Shown: positions 1 to 12,480, numbered from the whole stretch's first letter. The stretch: 63,123 nucleotides of DNA, filler included, from Octopus bimaculoides (GCF_001194135.2; 6 parts of 6 records of this genome joined end to end with filler, not necessarily neighbours in it); one strand, 5' to 3'. Notes: generated by a model from the sequence alone, not told the origin. Numbers and translations are program-made.

Positions 1-232
1 CACAGTGTGACAAGGCTGACCCTTTGAATTACAGGCACAACAGAAAGTAAGAGTGAGAGAAAGTTGTGGTGAAAGAGTACAGCAGGGTTCGCCACCATCC
101 CCTGCTGGAGCCGTGTGGAGCTTTTAGGTGTTTTCGCTCAATAAACACTCACAATGCCTGGTCTGGGAATTGAAACCGCGATTCTATGACCGCGAGTCCG
201 CTGCCCTAACCACTGAGCCATTGCGCCTCCAC
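1..232 (-). mobile_element. tRNA-derived SINE, 5' part (runs off the window)
   Basis: Minus strand reads GGAGGCGCAATGGCTCAGTGGTTAGGGCAGCGGACTCGCGG...GGTTTCAATTCC (Pol III A and B boxes) and continues into a non-tRNA body instead of an acceptor stem. Confidence 0.8.
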
Positions 233-516
233 TGTATAACAATAATGAATTTGTATTCTACAAAAGTAATAGAGTAACCCAACAAATTAAAGTAAAATTG
301 TTTTTATGGTTTTATTATAACTAAACATAAAAACAACATTAACACACATACGCACATATGCACACACACACAGATGATGGCCTTTCTTTCAAACCAAAGA
401 AACTTAACCAAGGTGTTGTACTGAAAGGTTGATCCAAGATTTAAAAAAAAAAAAAAGAAACAAAAAGAAAATGTTAGTTGATTAATTTTACATATTCCTG
501 CCTGCATAATTTCTTT

Positions 517-593
517 CTAAGGACGCATTTCTGACACTTCTTGCATTAAATATGCAGCAGACATTGAGTGTTCATACTGCTTCGCACCATATC
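517..593 (-). CDS. Candidate terminal coding exon of an unidentified gene (GYGAKQYEHSMSAAYLMQEVSEMRP* in one frame)
   Basis: Acceptor TCATGTTTTGCAG at 595-594, open frame to TAG at 519-517, minus-strand AATAAA at 316-311. No recognisable homology and the frame is ambiguous. Confidence 0.3.
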
Positions 594-1202
594 CTGCAAA
601 ACATGAAAGCTTTTGCAAGTAAGTGAAAGCTTTCTACGGAACTAAAAGCTTCTGGTTAAAATGACAGCATTGCATTGTTTTCATTAAGTTATATGCTATA
701 TATGTGTAAGAGGAAGAATTTATAATTTCTTAGGAGAAATGGTGAAAGTACAGCATCATCATCAATATTGTTTTAACATCTACTTTTCTATGCTTGCATG
801 GGTTAGATGGCATTTGAGGAGGCAGATTTTCTGCCGCTGAATGCCCATCCTGTTGCCAACCCTCATGCTAGGTAATGTTTCCTTTAGGCTGGATATGATG
901 ATGATGATGAGGAGGAGGAGGAGGATACACTGGGCTTCTTTTAGTTTCTGTCTACCAAATCCACTCAGACGGCTTCAGTTGGTCCAGTACTATTGAAGAA
1001 AAGATCTGCCCAACATGCCATGTAGTGGGACTGAACCTGAAACCATGTGGTTGGGAAACACAGCCACACTCAGATAAAAGACAACAGACAAAACGGATAA
1101 AGGGATGCCTTCATTTTCATTGGAAAGTCTTTTGTTATTCAAAATCTTAAAGCATTCAACTTTCAATTGAACAATTTGTAGTTGTGGGTGGTTGTATTTA
1201 CG

Positions 1203-1350
1203 CTATTCGGTCAATATTCGCACCTTCTTGTACCACTCTACACTACTCTGCATGTTGTAACCTGCTTGCTTTATCAAAGAAACAGGTTTCACTTTTACTT
1301 CATGGTTGAGTGGATGTGTGTTAGATGGCTGCAACTGGGATGTCATCCAA
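1203..1350 (-). CDS. Candidate exon of an unidentified gene ([30 protein letters not shown]...)
   Basis: Strong acceptor TATTTTATTTTACAG at 1352-1351 followed by non-repetitive sequence open in one frame. Donor ambiguous. Confidence 0.25.
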
Positions 1351-1381
1351 CTGTAAAATAAAATACATACAAAAATAAATC

Positions 1382-1382
<1 letters not shown>

Positions 1383-1460
<78 letters not shown>

Positions 1461-1461
1461 G

Positions 1462-1516
<55 letters not shown>

Positions 1517-1552
1517 TGTATATATATATATGTGTATGTATGTATGTATATA

Positions 1553-1598
<46 letters not shown>

Positions 1599-1600
1599 TG
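1383..1600. repeat. Compound (GT)n/(AT)n microsatellite
   Basis: Seen directly. Dozens of similar di-, tri- and tetranucleotide arrays occur throughout the window. Confidence 0.98.
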
Positions 1601-2552
1601 TATGTATATTTGTGTATATGTCAGAGTAAGCATATGTGTATGGATTTATACACACACACACACACACACAGACAAATGCACACACATATTTATATAAACA
1701 CAAGTAGCTATAAAATAAAATATATATACATATATATACATACATACAAAAATACATACATGCACACACGTGTGTGTTTTATTCTAGGCAATGAAAAACA
1801 AGTGTAAATTTTACCTGCTCAGTTTCGGGCTGACCTAATTCTCACAAGTGAAATTAGGGAAGCTGGAAACTGTATGGAACTCCTTTGAATGACTGTACCT
1901 ATTATTCAAAGGGGCCAGCTTTGACACACTCTATCATAGGTGCATCTGACTGACAACGACGATGATGATGATGATGATGGATCGATTCTGACCCACCATT
2001 TTTTTGTGTAATTTGTCCTTATCGATGTCTTGCAAACAACTCACACATGCAAGTGCTACCAGTTGAGAACTCCACATACCGGAAGCCAGCAAGTGTATGG
2101 GGTCATCAGGAGAGAATGCGTGCCGTTTCAGGGCCTACCTTTCAACGGCATCAATGCGCACTGATATGAGGCCCCGCCCTCACTGATATGAGGCCCCGCT
2201 TGCTAGATCAACTGGTCATTAAATAAAGCTCAATATTTCTCTAGCCATCCTCCTTCATAGCAAATTTTTAAAATGGCAAGAGTGGATGGTACCACTCTAA
2301 GTCTTGATCTGTGAGTTGGAAGAAAAGAGTTGGAAAGGACACTTGTCTTTGGTATTCAGTGTGATCTCAGATGATGGGGTTCCTCAATTATCCCTAAAGG
2401 TCCTTCTATATCAGAAGGACCCCATAACTATTACTTTTTTTTCTCTCTTTCTTCTTCTTAGTGCTGTATACTGTGTATATTTCCCTTCTTTTAATGTATA
2501 CCATGTATACTTTTCTTTTAACTTTTTTTTTTATCATTCCATTATTAGTAAA

Positions 2553-2583
<31 letters not shown>

Positions 2584-2689
2584 TTATGCCAGTCTTTGTA
2601 TTGTCCTCACCTCATCCTTTGCCCTGGTGGCAAATAAAAGAAATCATCATCATCATCATTATTATTACTGGTTGAATCCTTAATATGTT

Positions 2690-2975
2690 GAGCGATGCCA
2701 TTGCCAGTGCCGCTGGACTGGCTCCTGTGCAGGTGACACGTAAAAAACACCATTTGAGCGTAGCCATTGCCAGTACCGCCTGACTGGCCCTCGTGCTGGT
2801 GGCACCTAAAAGCACCCACTACACTTTCGGAGTGGTTGGCGTTAGGAAGGGCATCCAGCTGTAGAAACTCTGCCAGATCAGATTGGAGCCTGGTGTAGCT
2901 ATCTGGTTCGCCAGTCCTCAGTCAAATCGTCCAACCCATGCTAGCATGGAAAGCGGGTGTTAAACGTTGATGATA
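2690..2975 (+). mobile_element. SINE or non-autonomous element fragment with RTE-derived 3' region
   Basis: GTGGTTGGCGTTAGGAAGGGCATCCAGCTGTAGAAAC motif, then CCAACCCATGCTAGCATGGAAAGCGGGTGTTAAACG and a GAT/AAT tail. A related reversed copy lies at about 770-900. Confidence 0.65.
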
Positions 2976-3171
2976 ATAATTATTATTATACACGCACACA
3001 TATATATAAGAAGGGTACTTATCACATACATATATATAGACAAAGTTATGCGTTATGATTCTTTTATGCGACGGTTACACATTTTCGCCTGACACCGATT
3101 CACCTTGTTGTGAAGGTCGGACCAACTTGCGTGTGGCGGCTGTTTCACATTTATTTGTTCTTCCTTCACAG

Positions 3172-3249
3172 CGTGTCTATATACCCCAATGTATGTTTCA
3201 AGGCTGGGCTAAGGATCTACCATATCCTGGTCTCTCTTCGCAAAATACG
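3172..3249 (+). other. Candidate 78-nt exon (RVYIPQCMFQGWAKDLPYPGLSSQNT if coding)
   Basis: Acceptor TTGTTCTTCCTTCACAG and donor ACG|GTAAAT. No recognisable homology. Confidence 0.25.
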
Positions 3250-3697
3250 GTAAATATTACACTTTATATCGTTAACTGAGAATATTATTGTAACGCACAC
3301 TTAAATATATATATATATATATCTCTTAACACAGATGTACATAAACATACACTGTCACACACACATGGGTACACAATATATAGGTGGATAGTTTACATTC
3401 ATACATTTATACTCATACGTGTACATAGGTATATCATGTATATATATATATATACACACACACACACATAGATACGTACATACACGTAGGAGGGATATCT
3501 ATCTATACATACATACACAGAAGTGTGTATTTATATATATATTTAGCAGAAGCAACAGAGTGACTCAAGGTCCGAAAGTCCCGTGCGTTTGCACTTATCA
3601 CTGCTAAATAATAATGAAAATATACCAACTCGATCTCATACTTTTGAGTTCTGTTTTTCCTGTGTGCATCACCATACATAAAGACACACACAGAGGT

Positions 3698-3778
<81 letters not shown>

Positions 3779-4046
3779 TGTATACCTATATAGATAGATA
3801 ATGTATACACACTCTATTAGATATAATACTAGTGATCAACGCTAAAACTACTTCAAAAACAATAAAAGAAACGTTTTTTTTCTCTTTTTAGCACATTTCA
3901 TTTTTTCTCTCCTTTTATTTTTCACCATTTCTTAAGAAATCCATTTTAAATTACATTCTTAAAAATAGGCATTAACGCCGCATCGTCCTATATAAACTTT
4001 TGTCCTGTTCACGTCGCGGTTTTTCACTTTCGTTTTTGACCGTTAG

Positions 4047-4115
<69 letters not shown>

Positions 4116-4154
4116 ACACACAAGTATACATTTACGTGTCTGGTCGGTCACAAA

Positions 4155-4323
4155 ATCTTTGGCGGCGTCCGTCCCTCTTTACGTTCTGAGTTCAAATTCC
4201 ATCGAGGTCGACTTTGCCACCGGGGGTCGATGGAGTAAGTACCAGTTGAAAACTGTGGCCGATTACGTCGTCTAGCCCCTTCCCCCAAAAAATTTCAAGC
4301 CTTGTGCCTGTAGTAGAAAGGAT
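4155..4323 (+). mobile_element. Octopus-type tRNA-derived SINE family A, 5'-truncated
   Basis: TTACGTTCTGAGTTCAAATTCC...GAGGTCGACTTTGCC...GGGGTCGAT...AAGTACCAG core shared with many copies in the window. Confidence 0.75.
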
Positions 4324-5039
4324 TTGTATCGGACTTATAACAGCATTGCTTGTCCTTTATTTTTTATTATCTTCATTTATTAAGCTTAACCAATATTAAA
4401 ACATGTATTAATCTGGGGGAAATTATTATTATATAGGGTGATCAATATTGTCTGGTCATATATCTGCAATCAATCGAAAAAGGAAGGTGGCTTTTACACA
4501 TTTTCTTAAATAATCACACACACACACACATATATATATATAAAGTATTTCATTCATTGAGTAATATTTATACTATGTACAAATATTAAATATTCTCGTG
4601 TACAGCGTTTAACAAACTGGCTTCATATATTGTTTGTTCATAAACACGCACATACAGACATTTGAAAATATATATTCATACATACGTATACATGAACATT
4701 ATATATATGTGTGTTTATAAACGGGGTGTGTAGTTTGTATTGCTAAATTATATACTGGGTGGATTTTATACATGTTGCTGTGGTATACACACGCGCACAC
4801 ACACACACGCATAATTTATGTTATCTCTATACACCCTCACGTTGACTTTTGGGTGGGATGTAGTCTATTAACCCAATCCTGCTCTTAACCCATTTTTGCA
4901 AATAGTCTTCATTTTCTTCACACGTAGCTTTACCTCCTCGTTACACACATACACACATTCTCTATTCAAGATAAAGATTTTTTTCATTGCCGCTCTATAA
5001 GTCACATTGCTCGGAGCTAACCTTCTCCCTCTCTGTCAG

Positions 5040-5684
5040 TTTCGATTCCTGGTTTTGGCAGTCATTTTAACTTGGGACTTTTTCAAAGTTGTAACTTCTA
5101 TTTCTCTCTGATCTCTTCATTCTGATTTCTCTTTTGATCGGTAAAGAAAGAAAGAAAGAGAGAGAGAGAGTAAAAATCGATCACATCTTGTTTCCCTCCC
5201 TTTCCAGTTTAGTTAATTTATGTTAGTGTCTAGTCAAGGTAAATTATTACTAGTAACGCTAGTTAGCTAGTAGTAGAAGTAGTTGGTGTAATATATTATA
5301 CTGCATATGTGTACACTTGTAATAAATGTAATAATGTATATAAATCTATGTAGTTATATATATATATATACAACGTTTCAAATATAAAGGCATGAATCAA
5401 TGACTTATATATTAATTAATAAATTAGACAAACTAACAGCATCAAATATACTGAAAGAAGTCTGCCTAACACATACACATAAACACACACACACATATAT
5501 ACTCTTCCTTATGTAGATCTCTCTCTCTCTCTCTCTCTTTCCAGCGTGGATTAATGGATTAGTCTTGGCCTTGGCACCAAACGATCTTTTATTGATTCAG
5601 ATGAATTTGTGTATTTCCAGGAATATTGCGTTACCGTCGATGGTTTAACCAGATCAGCCTTGTTGTTGTTATTCTGCTCGAAAA
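5040..5684 (+). other. Two candidate exons, probably 5'UTR (5040-5140 and 5621-5684)
   Basis: Acceptors CTCCCTCTCTGTCAG and GTGTATTTCCAG; donors ATCG|GTAAAG and AAAA|GTAAGA. Confidence 0.25.
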
Positions 5685-5929
5685 GTAAGAAGTGATCAGA
5701 GAGTATGTGCTTCTTTCCGTAAATTCATTTAAAATAATACACGAAGTAGTATATATTTACGTGTGTTTATATATGATTATGATGTTGTATATTCATACGG
5801 GGATTACTAAGCGTTGTCACACACGTATACATACACCCTCTTGAGAAAACAAACAAGAACTCTGAAAATATATATTCATACGAGGATTATCACACGCGCA
5901 TAAGGAAAGAATATCAGGCGTTTTGTGCA

Positions 5930-6660
5930 CGACCATCACCACATAAAATTCCGACCATCGCCAAAACAGCAGGGATATCAACACTAACCATCACCACCAT
6001 CATCATAATCGTCCTCGGTATAATACTGCAGTAGTAGTTACATCTATAACATCATCACCACCACCACCACCACCACCACTTATAACAACAACAATAACAG
6101 CAGCCTGAAGACGAAGTTGAAGCAGACAAGAATGAGAGCTCGTTATATCGCAACCACTGTGATCGCATCAACATCATTGTCGTCATCGTCATCACAAGCA
6201 CTGTGACCCGAAGAAACAAACTTACAACCATCAGTAGTAACACCAGCAGCAGCACCACCAACATCATCATCATCGCCGTAAACTGACCACAGTTGTGACA
6301 ATCGTTATCAGCATCATCTTCGTTACCAAAAAGCGTCAGCCAAAGACCACAACACCGCGTCATCGCTTTCATCTCCTTGTAAAAAAAAAATAGCTACATC
6401 ACCACCACCACCACCATCACTATTATCGCTGTCTTCAGTAAAAGAGAGCAACCACTGCACCGCAGCCGCTGCCACCACCAACAGCAACAACAACATTAGA
6501 ATCCCCATCGCAATTATCAGCTTTGTCATCAGTCAAAGATAATAAGAACAATAACTAAATCGTCTCCAGTTCTAAAACTGTAGCAACAGTAACAGCAACA
6601 TTATCAACGACAACAACAGCAGCAGCAGTAATAATTATACTACTACTATTGAAATAGTGA
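5930..6660 (+). repeat. Degenerate CAN/ACC/AAC trinucleotide-rich low-complexity tract, possibly a 5'UTR
   Basis: Mixed CAC, CAT, CAG and AAC runs with stop codons in all three plus frames. It leads into the ATG at 6663. Confidence 0.7.
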
Positions 6661-6662
6661 AG

Positions 6663-6774
6663 ATGTCCAGTCACGCAACTACCACAACTAGTAACCAATC
6701 GACCACGGTTTCGATTCCTCATCATGACCGCAACCAGTATTACCAAAATGCTATCATACAGCCCTTACTTACAG
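6663..6774 (+). CDS. Candidate first coding exon MSSHATTTTSNQSTTVSIPHHDRNQYYQNAIIQPLLT(G), phase 1
   Basis: ATG after a UTR-like tract, open frame ending at a consensus donor ACAG|GTAAGT (6775-6780). Product unidentified. Confidence 0.35.
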
Positions 6775-6904
6775 GTAAGTTGGTCCCTTTTACACTCATC
6801 TCTGTCCCCTTGTCGGGTCCAAACTTGGGTAATTTCCTATTTGATGTTCGTAGAATCATGGTGATCCAAAAAGTTTAGACGATCATTCGAGTCTAAACGA
6901 AAGA

Positions 6905-7275
6905 TTCTTTTCTGCTCTAAGCACAAGGCCCGAAATTTTGGGAAAGGGGGCTAGTCGATTAATTTATCGACCCCGAAAGGATGAAAGGCAAAGTCGACCG
7001 CGGTGGAATTTGAACTCAGAACGTAACAGCAGACGAAATACCTATTTCGTTATTGCCCACAAGGGGCTAAACATAGAGGGAACAAACAAGAACAGACGAA
7101 CGGATTAAGTCGATTACATCGACCCCAGTGCGTAACTGGTACTTAATTTATCGACCCCGAAAGGATGAACGGCAAAGTCGACCTCGGCGGAATTTGAACT
7201 CAGAACGTAACGGCAGACAAAATACCGCTAAGCATTTCGCCCGGCGTGCTAGCGTTTCTGCTAGCTCGCCGCCTT
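6905..7275 (-). mobile_element. Two SINE family A copies: a young full-length copy (about 7045-7275) beside or inside an older one (about 6905-7045)
   Basis: The core ATTTATCGACCCCGAAAGGATGAA.GGCAAAGTCGACC...GGAATTTGAACTCAGAACGTAAC occurs twice. Head GGCGGCGAGCTAGCAGAAACGCTAGCAC at about 7275. Confidence 0.85.
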
Positions 7276-9289
7276 AGTCAAAACGAAAGATTGCCAAAGT
7301 TTATTTCAGTTAAACATTAAACATTTTCATAATTATAAGTAGTATACACTGTGAAAGCGAGTAAAAAGTTAGGAAAAATGGGTAAAATGTTAGACTTATA
7401 TCTCGAAACTGAAAAGAGTTTCGCTCTGGGCACATGTGAGAATTCTTCAACAACTCGTGGGCACACCAAGCAATACATGTTGCAGAACCTGACAAAGATC
7501 GAACTAGTGTTGTAATTGTATGCCTTTCATTGATTATATGCTGATTTGTAAGCATTTCGTTGAGATTCACAATAAAACTAGGAGCATCATGGCGTCCACG
7601 AGACATGTTAATCATGTTGAAATGAAATTGAAAGTAAAACGAATTCGATTTTCCCAACGTCAAGTAGGAAATTACCCAAACTTGATTGAGCAGTTTTGAT
7701 AGCTTCCATCCAAAACCATTCCATTTTTTCCTCTCCCTCTACTGTTCGGTGCTGGAATATTCATCGATCTGTCCAAAGGGCCGTCATAGTAACTTTACCT
7801 TTTATCCTTTGCTTGTTTCATTCAGTTGGACTGTGCCCATTTTGGGGCACCGCCTCGAAGGACTTACATCGTCTCCTATTCGCAGTTTTCTTTTAATGCG
7901 CGCGCGTGTGTAGTATGTGCATGTGTTTGTAGTATATGTGTGTATATATCGTTTTGGCGGAGTTTTGTGTATGTAGATTACGCATGTTTTTTTGTCGTTT
8001 TCCTAGTATATATGTGATATCTATTTCATGGCCACTTGTTTGTGATTATATTTGTTATTCAACTCTGAATCGTCCCTGATCGAGCATTTATGATCAAAGA
8101 CGTTTCACCTGTAACCATTCCGTTTTGTTTTGAAACTATTATCTATCTTTACATTATTGTCAATGTACCTGTTTTGGGTCTTTTTCCCTCCCCACGTTAT
8201 GGCTTCTTCGATGGTTTACCACACGCATTCTGTGTAACAAGGGTTGCGTTACCCACCTAGGGCAAAGCTTCTACATTTAAAATAGGAAGAAGGACCCATC
8301 ATTACCTTGTCTGCTATTTAAAAAAAAAACAACTTTGAAAGCGTAATTAACTAAATTTATTAATTTTTTAATTTTAATTTAGTATAATTGAAAGTGAAAC
8401 AGGAAGACAATGTTTTCTTTACTGAATATATTCATTATATCACTTCCGATGTTTGTTTGTTTTTTTTTTTCTTTTGCTAAAAAATGTTTTAACAGGAATT
8501 TCTGAAAAATGTTTTGTTGCCAGGGAAAAAAAAATCAAATAAAACTTTAGTCAAGTTTTTGTCCTCCTCACAACTTTGAGGTGGGTAGTTTGAAGAGAAA
8601 TCTAACCCGTAAGAGTTTTTTTTTATCAAGGTCCACCCGTTTATGGCTAAGAGACAGACGACGCAATAAATAGTCTACCCCTCTCTCTTACACAACGTAA
8701 GGCTTGTCTTATGTCTGTCTGCGTGACCGTCTGGTGTCAATGACCTTCCTGTACGGCACAGTTTCGCTTTAAGCGACCCAAAAACAGAGAAAGAAAGTTT
8801 TAACACCTATTAAAAAGCAAATGTATGATCTCAAAGAATAAATACCACCAATATGTTCGCAAGCCCACATAGAAAAAGTGGGGTAAAGTTGTCGAATCTC
8901 TACGTTAACACCCACCTCTACAAAACGGAAAGGTTTACAGGCATATACTGGAATCCCATATATCTAAAAAAAGTATATATATATATATTTATATAAAGTT
9001 TGGCGTTTTATTGTTTATAAAATAAGATATACTATAATATAGTAATTACATAAATTTGATAAGTAATTACGGCTTCCCTTTTAACATATAATTTACACTA
9101 CACGCTTGGAATCTCCGAATGTCTGCAACATTTTAATGTTTGGTATTATATTGCTTATAAAATATATTCATAAGGGCTAGCCTTAATAAAATAGTAATCA
9201 TGTTTGTTTAGTTAGTTTTAATCACAGGTTCCCGTGTTCGATCGTAAAGTATTATTTATATTCCGCGTGTTGAATCCGCGAATTTCTTT

Positions 9290-9497
9290 TCTTTTACTCT
9301 TTTACTTGTTTCAGTCATTTGACTGCGGCCATGCTGGGACACCGCTTTTAGTCGAGCACATCGACCCCAGGACTTATTCTTTGTAAGCCTAGTGCTTATT
9401 CTGTCGGTCTTTCCTGCCGAACCGCTAAGTGACGGGGACGTAAACACACCAGCATCGGTTGTCAAGCTATGTTGGGGGGACAAACACAGACACACAA

Positions 9498-9538
<41 letters not shown>

Positions 9539-9772
9539 AGTCCTTCGAGGCGGTACCCCAAAATGGGCACAGTCCAACTGAATGAAACAACTTTACAGTG
9601 TGGACTGGTTGCTTTTTATGTGGCACTAGCATCAAGTAATGTGCAAGANNNNNNNNNNNNNNNNNNNNNNNNNNNNNNNNNNNNNNNNNNNNTTAATTAA
9701 TTAANNNNNNNNNNNNNNNNNNNNNNNNNNNNNNNNNNNNNNNNNNNNACACACACACACACACACACACAC

Positions 9773-9806
<34 letters not shown>

Positions 9807-9960
9807 GATGGGCTTCTTTCAGTTTCCGTCTACCAAATCCACTCAAGGCTTTGGTTGGCCTGAGGCTATAGTAGAAGACACTTGCCCAAAGTGCCACGCA
9901 GTGGGACTGATCCCGGAACTAGGTGGTTGGTAAGTAACCTACCTAACACACAGCCGCTCC
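9290..9960 (-). mobile_element. tRNA-derived SINE family B with internal (CA)n, split by an assembly gap
   Basis: Tail TACTCTTTACTTGTTTCAGTCATTTGACTGCGGCCATGCTGG, body, (CA)n, and head ...GTGCCACGCAGTGGGACTGATCCCGGAAC...CACACAGCC. Confidence 0.85.
9649..9748. other. Assembly gap spacer: 44 N, TTAATTAATTAA, 44 N
   Basis: The same 12-mer sits between N runs at 9693, 26626, 55571, 58395 and 61920. Confidence 0.95.
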
Positions 9961-10960
9961 TGTATGTATATTCTACAGAAGTGGATAAGTGGATAATGCC
10001 GTTAGCTCCTATTTTAGAAGTAAAAATCCGTAGTTCGAACCCTGCTTCTATGGGCGCAAACATACAGGAACAAGATACCTGAAGATGACTGAAAATGAAA
10101 CCGATCGAAATGTAGTGCTTTTAATATTAGAAAGTATTTGCTCTTTAAGGATGGGCTTAATAGCCACGCCCTGATTAACAATCAACATCAAAAAGAATAG
10201 TAAAACTATCCGCCAATCAGGAGCGACTATATAGGCCCGTGAAGCAATTAGTAAAAGCGTGGTACACGTAGACGCTTTTGCTAATTATTCTTTTTTTCAA
10301 AGCTTGTGTAGTCGCATGCTTCCTGGTTCCTATACGTTTGGTTCAGCGGCACATCTAGAATGTAGCTGGGGTAGGAGAGAGTTGCACCAGCACGTGGTTC
10401 GTATTCATTTACAGTCGAGCAGACTGGAGCAACGCGAAATGCAGTGCCTTTCTAAACGCGCTGTCCGATTGTTCAGGAATCGAACCCACGAGCTTACGAT
10501 CCTTAATCACCCCCACCCCACAAACCACTAGGTCAGGTGCCTTCACTCGATAAAACTATAATCAGGTCTTATAGCCCAAACAACATCTCATTTCAGACAT
10601 TTAGGCATTTTAACCAATAACAATATTTTTTTTATATAATACTATTAAAATAATTTCAGAAGTAAAACAAAAGGAAGATGGACGGCATCAATCAAGGGAA
10701 TCGAATGTTCTTTGTGTAAATGGAATGTTTACAAAATAATTAAAGATTCAATAATTTACATTAACTCATGATTAGAAAAAATATATAGTAATTATGTTTT
10801 TTTTTTTCGTATCACACTGTCAATAATATAGAAATGTATATGCATATATGTAGTTTCTGAAAGAAAAATATATAATACAGATATTTTAAAATGAATTGAT
10901 GGTTCAGTAACAATTCAATCATTTTAAGAACAGTTCTGTAAGAGTTTATCACGTTGCACG

Positions 10961-11379
10961 TTATCCAAGAGTTGGACCTCTGCTACATATGCAGTGCGTC
11001 GATGGGCAATGTCCGGCACGGCAGGTTGTCAGACACCACTGTTTCATTCCTGGAACTTTTTCGTAAACCTTTGTCACTTTGCAAGTCAAAGTATTGGCGT
11101 TACCATTTCCCCCACACTTGCAGTGTGTGGGCGGACAAAATCCGACGCCGCAGTGGGTGATACACCATTGTTTCATCCCAGGGACTGTTTTATATACTCC
11201 CACGGGATAACAGTCGTCTGGTGATGGGATGGTAGTTGCTCTTGTGGTGATCATCGTTGTCAAGTCTGGTGTAGTAGTAGCAGAGCTTGTTGATATTGTG
11301 CTATGACCACTGAATGTGGCCGTGAATTCGAAAGAACTAACTCGATCGCAACCAGCGTATTCCACCGCATTACCGTTTC
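10961..11379 (-). CDS. Exon 3 (terminal) of the secreted protein: end of the LPMO-like domain, Thr/Ser linker, two six-Cys modules
   Basis: Acceptor TTTTATTTTACAATTACAG (11381-11380), phase 1 matching exon 2. Encodes ...TTRATTIPSPDD-CYPVGVYKTVPGMKQWCITHCGVGFCPPTHCKC-GGNGNANTLT-CKVTKVYEKVPGMKQWCLTTCRAGHCPSTHCIC-SRGPTLG*. Confidence 0.9.
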
Positions 11380-11542
11380 CTGTAATTGTAAAATAAAACG
11401 AAAACCAAAATAAATAAATCAATAAGTAAATGAATAAATAAATAAATAAAGATACATGTAAACTTATCTAACTTAATTCAGTACAGTTGAAAATCCTTTA
11501 TCCGAAATATACCTAATACCTGTATACATATACATATACATA

Positions 11543-11595
<53 letters not shown>

Positions 11596-11744
11596 GTAAA
11601 AGCTATATTATGAAAAGTCAATGGATATTTGTGTTAGGACTCGCGTCCCTAGTGTCCCGCCCTCAAACTGTCCCATTTTATAAATCTGCAACACTTTCGG
11701 TTACAGGAGTGTCGGATAAGGGAATCTTAGTTGTATTACTCGTT

Positions 11745-11935
11745 TACTCTTTTACTTGTTTCAGTCATTTGACTGCGGCCATGCTGGAGCACCACTTTTT
11801 GTCGAACAAATCAACCCCAGGACTTATTCTTTGTAGGCCGAGTACTTATTCTATCGGTCACTTTTGCGGAACCGCTAAATGACGGGAACGTAAACACATC
11901 AACATTGGCTGTCAAGCGATGGTGGGGGGACAAAC

Positions 11936-12016
<81 letters not shown>

Positions 12017-12182
12017 TACATGATGGGTTTCTTTCAGTTTCCGTCTGCCAAATCCACTCACAAAGCTTTGGTCGACCCGAGGCTATAGTAGAAGACACTT
12101 TCCCAAGGTGCCACGCAATGGGGTCTGAACTCGGAACTATGTGGCTGGTAAGCAAGCTACTTACCACACAGTCACTCCTGTG
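11745..12182 (-). mobile_element. Full-length SINE family B in intron 2
   Basis: Complete tail, body, (CAGA)n(CA)n and tRNA-like head ending CACACAGTCACTCCTG. Confidence 0.9.
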
Positions 12183-12247
12183 CCTATTATGAATGTCATT
12201 TTTATAATTTTCATTTTGGTTAATTCCGAACCCCGACAGATACTTAC

Positions 12248-12480
12248 AAGGTGGTGAGCTGGCAGAACCATTAGCGTGCCGGGCGAAATGCTTAGCGGTA
12301 TTTCATCTGCCGTTACGTTCTGAGTTCAAATTCCGCCGAGGTCGACTTTGCCTTTCATCCTTTCGGGGTCGATAAATTAAGTACCAGTTACGCACTGGAG
12401 TCGACGTAATCGACTTAATCCCTCTGTCTGCCCTTGCTTGTACCCTCTATGTTTATCCCCTTGTGAGCAATAAAGAAATA
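12248..12480 (+). mobile_element. Full-length young SINE family A with 10-bp TSD AGATACTTAC
   Basis: Head AAGGTGGTGAGCTGGCAGAACC, B box GAGTTCAAATTCC, tail GCAATAAAGAAATA. TSD copies at 12238-12247 and 12481-12490. Confidence 0.92.

Noticed and set aside
155-232. tRNA-like sequences at SINE heads
   Set aside because: A and B boxes are present but there is no acceptor stem or full cloverleaf, and the sequence continues into repeat bodies.
5930-6660. Long low-complexity S/T/P/Q/H coding exon
   Set aside because: Stops in all three plus frames. The minus-strand ORFs are by-products of trinucleotide repeats.
7310-7663. 117-aa minus ORF (MINMSRGRHDAP...CIAWCAHE)
   Set aside because: No recognisable domain or convincing splice sites. 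The opposite strand has a weak TRGH motif suggesting LINE debris.
9693-9704. TTAATTAATTAA palindrome recurring five times
   Set aside because: Always centred between 44-N runs and has stops in all six frames. It is a scaffolding spacer, not a biological repeat or CRISPR-like element.
10074-10125. CTGAAGA...CGAAA hammerhead-like motif
   Set aside because: The flanking helices could not be formed convincingly; at most a decayed Penelope-type remnant.
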